From Promethearchaeota archaeon (GTDB lineage: Archaea > Asgardarchaeota > Thorarchaeia > Thorarchaeales > Thorarchaeaceae): a stretch of DNA of 64,000 bases. The position numbers were made by a program, and so were the translations under genes. Every line of letters begins with the position of its first letter. The first letter of the stretch is position 1. Of this stretch, positions 49,216 through 58,120 are shown one piece after another. The DNA is taken from positions 32,001 to 96,000 of the forward strand of contig JBHLPF010000002.1 in assembly GCA_048939765.1 (NCBI GenBank), written 5' to 3'. The notes beneath the pieces are model-generated. The model ran no database searches, was not told the DNA's origin, and saw only the letters and a list, made by a program, of their open reading frames with translations.

Positions 49216-49257
49216 TTCTGAGATCTACTCATTAACCGAAAAAGAGGACCGAAAAAA

Positions 49258-50397
49258 ATGGCTGAAGACGAGTTTCTTGGCGCGAAGCCCATTGTCATTG
49301 ACAACGGCACTGGCCTTAGCAAGAACGGATACGCCGGCGAAGATCAGCCACGGAGTGTTTGGCCCACACTGATTGGATATCCAAGATATGAATCAATCAT
49401 GACCGATGTTGACCACTATACCAGAGACTACTACATCGGTGAGGAAGCCATCAACCTGCGTGGTGTTCTGCGACTGGTCTATCCTATCACACATGGTGTG
49501 ATTGATGACTGGGACGCTATTGAGAAGATATGGAGCTACACGTTCTATAATGACCTCAAGGTAGACCCGAGTGAGAACCCAGTCCTACTGACTGAAGCAC
49601 CATTCAACCCACGTGAGAACCGTGAGAGAATGGCGTCAGTGATGTTCGACAACTTTGGTGTTCCAGCAGTGTACGTTGCCACACAGGCAGTGCTTTCGCT
49701 ATACGCGTCCGGAAGAACGACGGGGTTAGTTATTGACTCTGGAGATGGTGTGACGCACATTGTCCCAATCTACGAGGGCTTTGCTATCACACACGCCATC
49801 AAGAGGATCGACCTCGCAGGCCGTGACATCACCGAGTATCTGCGTAGACTGCTTAGACAGAGGGGTTACTCCTTTGTAAGCGGTGCAGAGAAAGAGATTG
49901 TCAGAGATGTCAAGGAGAAGCTATGTTATGTAGCCCTTGATCCTGAGAGAGAACGAACCGTTGCCGACAAGGCAGGTGTTGACAAACCATACATGCTACC
50001 GGATGGTGAGGTAATCACTGTAGGTGCAGAAAGGTTCCAGGCACCAGAGTTGTTCTTCAACCCAAGCGCGATCGGTCTTGACACCCAGCCTCTAGACGAC
50101 CACATTGTTGAGTCAATCAAGGCATGTGACGTCGACCTGCGACGTGACCTGTATGCCAATGTTGTGTTGTCCGGCGGTTCGACCATGTTTCCAGGACTCA
50201 AGGAGAGACTCCACAAGGAGATCACCGAGCTAGTCCCAGAGAACATCGAGGTCAGAATCATTGCTCCACCCGAGAGACAGTACTCTGTCTGGATTGGTGG
50301 AAGCATCCTCGCCTCGCTGAAGACCTTCCAGAAGATGTGGGTTTCCAGAAAGGAGTTCGAGGAAGCAGGACCTGAAGTCATTCACAGGTGTATCTAG
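49258..50397 (+). CDS. Asgard actin (Lokiactin-type)
   Basis: [98 protein letters not shown]. Confidence 0.98.
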   Translation: MAEDEFLGAKPIVIDNGTGLSKNGYAGEDQPRSVWPTLIGYPRYESIMTDVDHYTRDYYIGEEAINLRGVLRLVYPITHGVIDDWDAIEKIWSYTFYNDLKVDPSENPVLLTEAPFNPRENRERMASVMFDNFGVPAVYVATQAVLSLYASGRTTGLVIDSGDGVTHIVPIYEGFAITHAIKRIDLAGRDITEYLRRLLRQRGYSFVSGAEKEIVRDVKEKLCYVALDPERERTVADKAGVDKPYMLPDGEVITVGAERFQAPELFFNPSAIGLDTQPLDDHIVESIKACDVDLRRDLYANVVLSGGSTMFPGLKERLHKEITELVPENIEVRIIAPPERQYSVWIGGSILASLKTFQKMWVSRKEFEEAGPEVIHRCI

Positions 50398-50407
50398 ACC
50401 AACAGTC

Positions 50408-50438
50408 TCTGAAGGTAGGGCTGCAACGCCCTCCTTCA
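50408..50438 (+). repeat. Bulged hairpin element, copy 1 (actin 3' end)
   Basis: TCTGAAGG-T-AGGGC-TGCAAC-GCCCT-CCTTCA, 10 nt after the actin stop. Confidence 0.65.
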
Positions 50439-50541
50439 AACTTCTATTTCTCTGGACTCCATTTTATCGCAAATGAGCTTATTATGCAACCCGCCTTCTT
50501 TGACATGCGTCAATGACCCACTGAGGCTGAGGTAGAGGTCC

Positions 50542-51009
50542 GTGACATATACTAAGAAAGAATTGAGGAACCACCTTAAGGATTTAATAAAAGGAAAAGC
50601 TGACTTGGCGAACTTCATATTTGAATACCAATCTGGACATACTGCATATTATTCGCGACTCAGAATCACTGTGACCTCTGATAAGATCGTACATTGGAAG
50701 ATACCGAAAGGAACACCAATCGATATCAAGCAAGAAACTAAGGCCGCAAAAAAGAGAGAGATTGCGTTTTCTGATGATATGCTGGCCGCATTCATACAGG
50801 AGTTGGTAAAGCAGAAGATATGGGACTTGGAGAACTGTTCAGAAAGAGCGCTCCCTAATGCTGCAGTGCTCACATTCTCGATTAGGGACGGAGATAATCT
50901 AGTGTTTGAGCAAAAGGTCTGGGAGAGTTGCAGATTTGACGACAAGACGACAAAGGAACTGATAAGAACTCTCGCTTCAAACATTCCTCTAGATTGGCCC
51001 CCTCCATGA
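50542..51009 (+). CDS. Hypothetical protein
   Basis: 155-aa ORF with GTG start after GAGGT; flanked by the two hairpin copies. Confidence 0.7.
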   Translation: MTYTKKELRNHLKDLIKGKADLANFIFEYQSGHTAYYSRLRITVTSDKIVHWKIPKGTPIDIKQETKAAKKREIAFSDDMLAAFIQELVKQKIWDLENCSERALPNAAVLTFSIRDGDNLVFEQKVWESCRFDDKTTKELIRTLASNIPLDWPPP

Positions 51010-51029
51010 GTCTATTAGAAGCAACAGCG

Positions 51030-51059
51030 TCTGAAGAAGGGCTTTGCCCTATCTTCAGA
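51030..51059 (-). repeat. Bulged hairpin element, copy 2
   Basis: Minus strand reads TCTGAAGA-T-AGGGC-AAA-GCCCT-TCTTCAGA. Confidence 0.65.
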
Positions 51060-51103
51060 TTTCTAATGTATTCTGAGTTATCGCTCTCGCAATATCCAAG
51101 ACA

Positions 51104-51736
51104 TCATGCTGTTAGTAATCTTTCTTGAGATGTCCCAATAAGATAACCGCCATAGCTAATTATCCATGCTAGAATTGGATAGATAGCCCAGCGTTCCATT
51201 GATCCCTTTGGCATTCCGAAGAAAGTCACTGTCGAACCAGACGGAAGGCCGAGGTACGGGAAAAAGACTATTGTCAATGAAAGTGACATGAGTCCAAGTA
51301 TGAGCGCAACGATTGACATTGGAGCTTTCTGATAGGAGTATGAAGCAATCGTTCCTAATCCCCCAAAGAGAATCGCGATCAAGGTAAATATGCTATGCAT
51401 TGGCTGAAGGTAGCCGGGGAATATGCCTACTCCCATTGCACCAACTCCAGTCATAGCCAGCAAAGCTGGTAGGAGTCTTCTCTCTTGGCACCTATTTAGG
51501 AAGAACGCTCCGGCAAAGACAAAAACGCCCAGAATGAAAACTGATAGATTATAGAGCCAGGCGGTTGGTCCAATTCCCAGCTCACTGACATAATCGATGC
51601 GACTACTATATCCATCATGCCATGATTCCGCAGCAAGAATTCCCAGGAACCATTGAACGCCTCCAATCAAGAAGGAAGCGCCACTCAAGGTTTTCCCATC
51701 ATATCTATTTTGTATTGAGTTACCTGACTGTGACAT
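51104..51736 (-). CDS. DUF998-family membrane protein
   Basis: YS...DYVSELG, GVGIFP, H, G.MERW pattern. Confidence 0.8.
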   Translation of the reverse strand: MSQSGNSIQNRYDGKTLSGASFLIGGVQWFLGILAAESWHDGYSSRIDYVSELGIGPTAWLYNLSVFILGVFVFAGAFFLNRCQERRLLPALLAMTGVGAMGVGIFPGYLQPMHSIFTLIAILFGGLGTIASYSYQKAPMSIVALILGLMSLSLTIVFFPYLGLPSGSTVTFFGMPKGSMERWAIYPILAWIISYGGYLIGTSQERLLTA

Positions 51737-51837
51737 GTTATTTCACAGGAACCGACAAGTATTGAACGAATATAAGAAGTGGATATTCTTTGAACCACAT
51801 AGTGGTTTGCACCACAAACTTGCCTGCAGGCAGCTCA

Positions 51838-53484
51838 CTATCTGCGCAGCGGCTTGAAGCTCAAGACGAATGAGTGGGCTCCATTTTCACCAATTTTCCG
51901 GAATTCGATGCTCCCACCATAATAGGTCATTAGGATTTTCGCAGTGAAAATTTCAAGTCCCAGATGTTTTCTATCGGGGATAATTCCACTTGTTATGGCA
52001 AGCTCAGCGTCACTAGGCAAAGTCAATCCTTTGCAGGCGATAATGATCTGGACTCTGTCCTTGTGAGATGCAATATTCAATTTTAGGGGATCATCGGAAT
52101 GGAGATTGCGTAGAATGAATCTAAAGAGGCAAATGAAGACCAAATCAAGAAAGTCGTCAGCTATGACTTGCGTCTTGCTGTTGCCTTCTAGGATAAGACC
52201 ATCAGGATTTGCCCCAAGTGTGTCAACTACTTCATCATAAGCCTTTTTGATCATGTTCGACAGGTGAACTGGCCACGTTCTGGAAACCTCGTTCTCCTTT
52301 ACTCTTAGTAATGCTGCAACTTGTCTATTGATTACTATCGCCTCGCCGGATAGGTCCTTTGCAGTTTCTTGGGGCTTGGAGAGGAAATCAGGATCGATTG
52401 ACGCCGAGAACAGATCAAGATACGTTGTCATCCCTTGAAGAAGGTTACCTACTTTGTGGGCCCAGATATTGAGATAGAACTCAGTTTCTCTCTTGGCTTG
52501 CTCAAGCTCTTCTGTTCTTATTCTCACAGCTTCTGCCAATTCCCTGCGCGGCTCGATTATATTGGAGATGAGCATAGCCACAGCTATTATTGCGAAACCC
52601 GCGTTAATTCCCCAGAACCAGAGTAGTTCTGCCAGATGAAATGGATTAGTTTGCACTGCGAAAGTCATAATAGAACTGACCCAGAGGATTAGTGCAAAGA
52701 AGTAGGCAAGTGTGATGCGGCTTTTCTCCTTCTTCCACGCAAAATAACTCTTTGCTAGCATGCCTGCGATTGTAGCCAAAGCCACAAAGAGGATGACCAA
52801 TGCCAGCGGTGTAATCCCTGAGAGTCCTTCTCCGGTCGGAGACGTGATGAATACTGGCTCGGGACTAAGAAGGAACCAGAATAGCACAAAGGGAATCAAG
52901 CATAGTCCCCAGGCTACAGAAGCAATCTCCTGCCTCTTAGTCGCCATTGATTTCTTCTCTATTGAGCCAAATAATAGGAATGGAATAAGAATGAATGCGA
53001 ACGCAGTTATGATGGTTCGGTTTCTTTCTCGGTCGGCAAATGATGACCAAGATACTGATGATGGATTTGTGACGAGATGAAATAGCATGAAGATGATGCC
53101 ATCAATCACAATTAGCATGAGAGCAAGGTCTCTGAAATCTCTCTCCTGCAGATAATTCACTAGTGAATATGCCACGAGTGTGCTGTTCACTCCCATGCCT
53201 ATTGACAGAAGCATGATGAGTCCCAAAAGAAGGGTTTCTGGAGCCAGAACGATTTGCGAGAAGCCGAATAAATGACATAGTGCAATAGGCGAGAGCGCAA
53301 AGAGGAAGAGAATGGTGATCAATCTCTCATTGAGCTTTCGTGGCTCATCGCCTAGCAACCAGAACATCCTCTTTTGCTTCAATGGAATTGGCAAAGAAAT
53401 GAAGCCTATTAAAGCAATGTCGGGGGAAGGAGAGGAAATCTGTTGAGCTAGAAAAGAGAGAGGATACGAGATAAGGTGTTTCAT
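51838..53484 (-). CDS. Multi-TM sensor with HisKA/HATPase-like C-terminus, ATP-binding motifs degenerate (start uncertain)
   Basis: About 8 TMs, coiled coil, FYLNIWAHKVGNLLQG H-box, VIADDFL, YGGSI. Confidence 0.75.
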   Translation of the reverse strand: MKHLISYPLSFLAQQISSPSPDIALIGFISLPIPLKQKRMFWLLGDEPRKLNERLITILFLFALSPIALCHLFGFSQIVLAPETLLLGLIMLLSIGMGVNSTLVAYSLVNYLQERDFRDLALMLIVIDGIIFMLFHLVTNPSSVSWSSFADRERNRTIITAFAFILIPFLLFGSIEKKSMATKRQEIASVAWGLCLIPFVLFWFLLSPEPVFITSPTGEGLSGITPLALVILFVALATIAGMLAKSYFAWKKEKSRITLAYFFALILWVSSIMTFAVQTNPFHLAELLWFWGINAGFAIIAVAMLISNIIEPRRELAEAVRIRTEELEQAKRETEFYLNIWAHKVGNLLQGMTTYLDLFSASIDPDFLSKPQETAKDLSGEAIVINRQVAALLRVKENEVSRTWPVHLSNMIKKAYDEVVDTLGANPDGLILEGNSKTQVIADDFLDLVFICLFRFILRNLHSDDPLKLNIASHKDRVQIIIACKGLTLPSDAELAITSGIIPDRKHLGLEIFTAKILMTYYGGSIEFRKIGENGAHSFVLSFKPLRR

Positions 53485-53718
53485 TCCAGAGCGACAATTT
53501 GAGGAAGTGCCTCTATCTTGAATTGAAATCGAGCAAGACGTACATAGGAGTGCATCCAGTGTAAGACCTTGAACGCAGGGATTATGAGGTATCCACTTCT
53601 ACTCCACGCCCGATGAGATTATCAGTAGTTTATTCCCAATTTTGTTTTACACACAACAGCACTCATATTTCCACCAAGTCTGTGTCCACGTGCTACAGAG
53701 ATAGAATTCAACTGACTA

Positions 53719-54738
53719 ATGCGAATAGGTGAAGATTCTATGAGACGAAGAAATCTGGCGCGTCACATGATTCGTTTCATTGGAATCATCCTTTTCATTT
53801 TTCTTTTGTATAGTATTGACTTTACACAGGTTGCCCGATTGGCACTAACACTTGATGCAGCTTCTGTTCTATTGGCGGCAGCATTGGTTGTGCCGGTTAT
53901 GATTTTGAAGGGAGCTCGGTGGCATGTAACCACATCCGCGCTGGATTTGCGCCTAGATGTTCTGGAAGCAGTTGATGGTCTATGCATCGCCCAGATGATG
54001 AGCTTCGCACTGCCCGGAGCACTCGGTGACCTCGTTAGAGTTCCATATTTGAAGGGTAGAGGTAATACAACTGAGCGCTCGATAATGAGTGTGTTTCTAG
54101 ATGCCGTCATTGCATCTTTTGTCCCTTATTTGGTAACCACAATTGCCATACTCGCAATACTAGAGATTGATTTTCTCTTTGCATTGGCTGTAATTGGGTC
54201 TGTAGCTATCTTTCTGTTCGCTTGCTATGTCACTTACAGAGCTTTGAAATTCTTGCTTTCCCCGTGGCTGATAGGAGTGCGGATACGGAGATTGAAGAAG
54301 AAAGGGATCCCTGGCACGCATAGTGTTGGGATCAGCGAATCCCTCCGCCTCGCAGGGTGGAAATCACTGTTCGTAGCCCTCATGCTAGCTGGTGGGGCTT
54401 GGCTGCTTTATACAATCCAGGGTGTGCTGCTGGCAAGAGCTCTAGATATCCAGCTTCCTTGGATTTCTGTAGCTTTGGCTGTAACAATAACTGCAATGTT
54501 TGTAACAGTACCGATTTCAATCCAAGGGGTTGGTGTGAGGGAGGGGATTCTTTTGCTCGTACTCGGAGCAATGGGAATCGACTACGCAACGGTCATCACA
54601 TTCTCAATAATCCTCATGACAATCTCTCTTGTCCCTTCCATTTGGGGATTAATAAGCTGGCTTCGAGACCCCTTCATTAGAATCGAAGAGGCAGCTATAG
54701 AAGATGCAATTCTAGAACCATCCGTTTTTGTGGATTAG
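53719..54738 (+). CDS. Lysylphosphatidylglycerol-synthase TM / flippase-like protein
   Basis: RW, LPGALGDLVR, PISIQGVGVREG. Confidence 0.85.
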   Translation: MRIGEDSMRRRNLARHMIRFIGIILFIFLLYSIDFTQVARLALTLDAASVLLAAALVVPVMILKGARWHVTTSALDLRLDVLEAVDGLCIAQMMSFALPGALGDLVRVPYLKGRGNTTERSIMSVFLDAVIASFVPYLVTTIAILAILEIDFLFALAVIGSVAIFLFACYVTYRALKFLLSPWLIGVRIRRLKKKGIPGTHSVGISESLRLAGWKSLFVALMLAGGAWLLYTIQGVLLARALDIQLPWISVALAVTITAMFVTVPISIQGVGVREGILLLVLGAMGIDYATVITFSIILMTISLVPSIWGLISWLRDPFIRIEEAAIEDAILEPSVFVD

Positions 54739-54744
54739 CTTCTG

Positions 54745-55281
54745 CTAGACTCCGACGTAGCCCCTTGAGGTTCTTGCAAAGCCATTCGCAATGATGGTGA
54801 TTAGAAGAAATAGCAGAATAGTTGAGAAATCAGCTACAGGGAACATTACAACCACACCCGTAAGGGCCACAGTAGTCAGACCAACCACAATCTGTAGTAT
54901 TCGTGCCCAAAGAGGCACGTCCCTTTCAATCAATCCAATAGAAATCCTCGCCAGTCCCATTATCATCCATGCGATTGCAAGTAGAATCAAAATAGTTTCT
55001 TCAGGTAGTTGAATGTTGAATATGAGCAGCGAAGCAGCTCCAATCCCAAGAATCCCTGCACCTAGATTCATCGCACGCCGTGATGTCCCCTTGGCCTTTA
55101 CAGCAGCAGCTCTAGCAAATCTAGCAAGCCCTACCATGAACAGTGTTATTATCAGAAGAATGAATATTGCCACGCTGGAAGGTACCAACCCTATGAGCAC
55201 AAAGCTACACAGTGCAATCGAAAGTGCACCCACCAGAATATCAATCGCTCGAAGCCAATCAGGTATTATAACTTGTTCCAA
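54745..55281 (-). CDS. HdeD/DUF308-like 6-TM protein
   Basis: Repeated W.R...I.VG...I and G.AR motifs. Confidence 0.7.
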   Translation of the reverse strand: MEQVIIPDWLRAIDILVGALSIALCSFVLIGLVPSSVAIFILLIITLFMVGLARFARAAAVKAKGTSRRAMNLGAGILGIGAASLLIFNIQLPEETILILLAIAWMIMGLARISIGLIERDVPLWARILQIVVGLTTVALTGVVVMFPVADFSTILLFLLITIIANGFARTSRGYVGV

Positions 55282-55387
55282 AATTGAAACCTCCGATATT
55301 CAGCTCCATTTTACCAGTCTGGCTCACCAACTAGAGTCACTTCAGAACTTAGTCCTGTGAGCAGGTGGTGAAGCTAGTCATATCCGC

Positions 55388-55894
55388 TTACAATTGCTGA
55401 GCCATCTCACTCAATCGTTGGACCAGGGTGCCGATGTTAGTCCCCTCCTTTGAACTCACAAGCAAGAAGTCAATTCCGTGACGTGATGTGATATCATGGA
55501 TGGCATCATAGTCCACATCCTCACAGAGGTCCAGTTTGGTTCCGACAAAGAGCTTCCTGCTGCGTGACATATTGGAGACCATTCCTACCCACTCTTCAAC
55601 TGCCAATAATGACTCGAAAGATGAGCAGTCGAAGACAATCAATGCAATTTTCGCTCTTGTGACCGCAGCTGCCTCAAAGAACTTGAATTCTTCATGCTCA
55701 TCGAACTCGAAAAACGATGCTTCAATTGAGGTGAATTCATCAACTGAGATCATCCAAGTAGCAATATCTACACCCATTGTTTCGGATGAGTCAATAAAAG
55801 TACCAGAAACCAATTTGGCGATTAGCGTACTTTTGCCTGCATCGATTGCTCCAATGACTGCTAGTTTCACCAAGCCTGATTCTTCGTCTGTCAA
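55388..55894 (-). CDS. Rab/Ras-like small GTPase with degenerate G3
   Basis: G1 GAIDAGKST, G2 TMGVD, IVFDCS..SL, G4 GTKLD, G5 VSSK. G3 reads EFDEH instead of DxxGQ. Confidence 0.85.
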   Translation of the reverse strand: MTDEESGLVKLAVIGAIDAGKSTLIAKLVSGTFIDSSETMGVDIATWMISVDEFTSIEASFFEFDEHEEFKFFEAAAVTRAKIALIVFDCSSFESLLAVEEWVGMVSNMSRSRKLFVGTKLDLCEDVDYDAIHDITSRHGIDFLLVSSKEGTNIGTLVQRLSEMAQQL

Positions 55895-55946
55895 TTCATC
55901 AAAATGGTACGTTTTGTTTGATAAAACGTTATTTTGGACTTACGAG

Positions 55947-57101
55947 CTAGCTCTTTTCCTGTGCTGCTTGTTTTTCTTTCTCTTTATCGAGGTCTCGAAC
56001 GCGCTTCTCAACTGTAGACTCTGCCTTACCTATGTTCTTCTGGATTTTGTCGATTCTCTTCTGTCTGGTCGAAATCTCTTTCTTCTGGCGATCCTGAGCA
56101 GCATGATATTCTTTCTCTGCAGCACTCCACTCCTCCTTTGCTAGACGAGCCTGCTCCTGAATACTCTCATAATGAATCCTCTTTACTTCCGTAGAATTTC
56201 TGCAATTCTGAACATCATTCTCAAGATGTGCGGATACAGTTCCAAGATCCGCATTTGCCTGCTTTAGTTCAAGGTGGAGATGCCTAAGGTCTGTCAGCGT
56301 GCTGCTTATCTTCTTGTCCTTGAGATATTCTGGGTCGGATATCTTCATCTCAATTACTTCTACCTCTGGGATTACCTGTTGAGCAACAGGCACACTCGGT
56401 GGTGGTGCCGTTACTGGAGCAGGAGCTGGCGTAGTCGGAGGTGGTTTTGCTTTAGGAGTAGGAGGCTTCGGCTTGGGTGCAGGAGCAGCAGGAGCCGCGG
56501 GAGCTGCTGGAGCAGCAGGGGCGGGTGGCCCGCCAGGAGGCACACTTGTTTCTGGTGGTGGTGTAGGTGTCACAGGGGGCGCCGGCTTATCTACAAGCGA
56601 CGATTGTGAGCCTAATATCCCCTCTTCAAGGTCTTTTGGTGTGGGTATGGCAGGTGCCGCTGGTTGTGGTGGAGCTCCAGGTTCTATTGCTTCTGGTTGT
56701 GTCGGCATTGGAGGAGCCTGAGCCTCGTATTCTGCAGCAGACTCCAATAACTCTCTCACTTCACTTGCTCTGAGCATACGGGTTTCAACAATCCCCTCGT
56801 CACCTTCTTCTATTCCTACTTCTTCAGCTCTGGCGAATGCCTCTCGGGCCTTTTCAAGCTCTGATTTCATCTTTGGTGCGCTTTTTCTCACTCGATCAGT
56901 CGAAACCTCACTCGGTCTAACCCATTTGTCTTCTGTTGTAGTGCTGACTTGATTAGTAGGAGTAGATGGGGCTACTGGCTCTGGTTGCGGAGTAGCCTTA
57001 GGGGTTTCAGGTTCTGCGGTAGAAATGAGTGACGCACCACAGCGCAGGCAGTATTTTCTGGTTGGGAGGTTTGCCTTACCACACTTGGCACATGTTCTCA
57101 A
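55947..57101 (-). CDS. Zinc-ribbon, Pro/Ala-rich linker and coiled-coil protein
   Basis: CAKC...YCLRCG; (PAA)n and PPP tracts; about 120-aa heptad C-terminus. Confidence 0.85.
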   Translation of the reverse strand: MRTCAKCGKANLPTRKYCLRCGASLISTAEPETPKATPQPEPVAPSTPTNQVSTTTEDKWVRPSEVSTDRVRKSAPKMKSELEKAREAFARAEEVGIEEGDEGIVETRMLRASEVRELLESAAEYEAQAPPMPTQPEAIEPGAPPQPAAPAIPTPKDLEEGILGSQSSLVDKPAPPVTPTPPPETSVPPGGPPAPAAPAAPAAPAAPAPKPKPPTPKAKPPPTTPAPAPVTAPPPSVPVAQQVIPEVEVIEMKISDPEYLKDKKISSTLTDLRHLHLELKQANADLGTVSAHLENDVQNCRNSTEVKRIHYESIQEQARLAKEEWSAAEKEYHAAQDRQKKEISTRQKRIDKIQKNIGKAESTVEKRVRDLDKEKEKQAAQEKS

Positions 57102-57187
57102 ATTTCATCATCCCCAAGTCATCGCACTCCCATCAGTAGGAAATGAATACTGTAAAGGTTTTCTGAGGAGTATTCACGCAGAATTTG

Positions 57188-57470
57188 TTACAAAAGTTGC
57201 ATTATTTGCTTATGTGGTATCTCATTACACGCTATAGAAGACTCCCCCAGCGCTTCGGCGTCCCATCTAGGTCTGTGAACACACCACCTGCTTCTGTTAT
57301 AATCGGTTTCAGTGGTGCAACGTCCAATATCTTCATGATAGGATCAATCATTAAGTCTACTCTCCAAGCTGCAACGAGAAAATGTCCATAGTTGTCTTGC
57401 CTGCTTGTATAGCGGCATCAACTGCAAAGTCTAGAATTCCTCTGATTTCTAGCGTAGCAGTGAGGCCTGC
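57188..57470 (-). pseudogene. Inositol monophosphatase/HisN-family pseudogene with a large internal deletion
   Basis: Three pieces in different frames: ILDFAVDAAIQAGKTTMD, then YGHFLVAAWRVDLMIDPIMKILDVAPLKPIITEAGGVFTDLDG, then SIACNEIPHKQIMQLL*. Confidence 0.8.
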
Positions 57471-57499
57471 TTCTTAGTTGAGTCGAAGCATTTCTGAGA

Positions 57500-58030
57500 T
57501 TAATTCCCACTGGTCTTTGCCAGCCTTTTTAGAACCGATATTTGACCGATGTGCATGGCCTCATGCTCCAGAATATGGAACAGTATCCATTCAATGCTCA
57601 CTTCAGCGCTGCCCACGTCGACTAGAACGTGAAGATTCGAATCGTCTAGGTTTCTTAGTCTGAGAAAGACTTGACTCCGAACCGCTGCGAGTCGGTCGAT
57701 ATAGAACTGAAGACCTTGCTTTGTCAATTGTGCGAGCCCCTCTTCTCTCAGAGCAAATGCATGCTTCCATTTTTCATAGTCCATCTCCTCTCCATCGATA
57801 TCCTCGAAGATCCATGACCATTCTACGCCTGCTATATGAAGGAGAAGTGTGCCAATTGTTTCAACATTTTCCATGTCTGGAGAATAGTCTAGCTCATCAT
57901 CTGAAAGGCCATCAACGCTCCGGAGGAGTCGCTCGCGTGTTTTGTCCATCATTGAGAACAAGAATGCAACTCGAGGAGACAAATCTCCCCGTCTATCCAG
58001 CATTATCAGTTCCTTCGACTCTTCTGACAT
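57500..58030 (-). CDS. DinB/DUF664-family protein
   Basis: TIGTLLLHIAGVE..W and WILFHILEHEAMHIGQI His triad. Confidence 0.9.
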   Translation of the reverse strand: MSEESKELIMLDRRGDLSPRVAFLFSMMDKTRERLLRSVDGLSDDELDYSPDMENVETIGTLLLHIAGVEWSWIFEDIDGEEMDYEKWKHAFALREEGLAQLTKQGLQFYIDRLAAVRSQVFLRLRNLDDSNLHVLVDVGSAEVSIEWILFHILEHEAMHIGQISVLKRLAKTSGN

Positions 58031-58120
58031 GCCTCGGGGGTAGAGATACATGCAGATAACATATTGCTTCTATGGATTTCACTATTCATTTACCAGGGCG
58101 AATGCAAATCCGAGAGCGAA

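Noticed and set aside
53400-53700. Possible decayed plus-strand gene between the pseudo-kinase and the flippase-like gene
   Set aside because: Short broken frames that I could not assign to any family.
56473-56530. 9-bp-period GGAGCNGCN repeats as a CRISPR or VNTR
   Set aside because: They encode (PAA)n in the Pro-rich protein, vary at third codon positions and have no spacers.
56740-56900. WH2 actin-binding motif in the Pro-rich protein
   Set aside because: No convincing amphipathic helix followed by an LKKT/LRRV-type motif.
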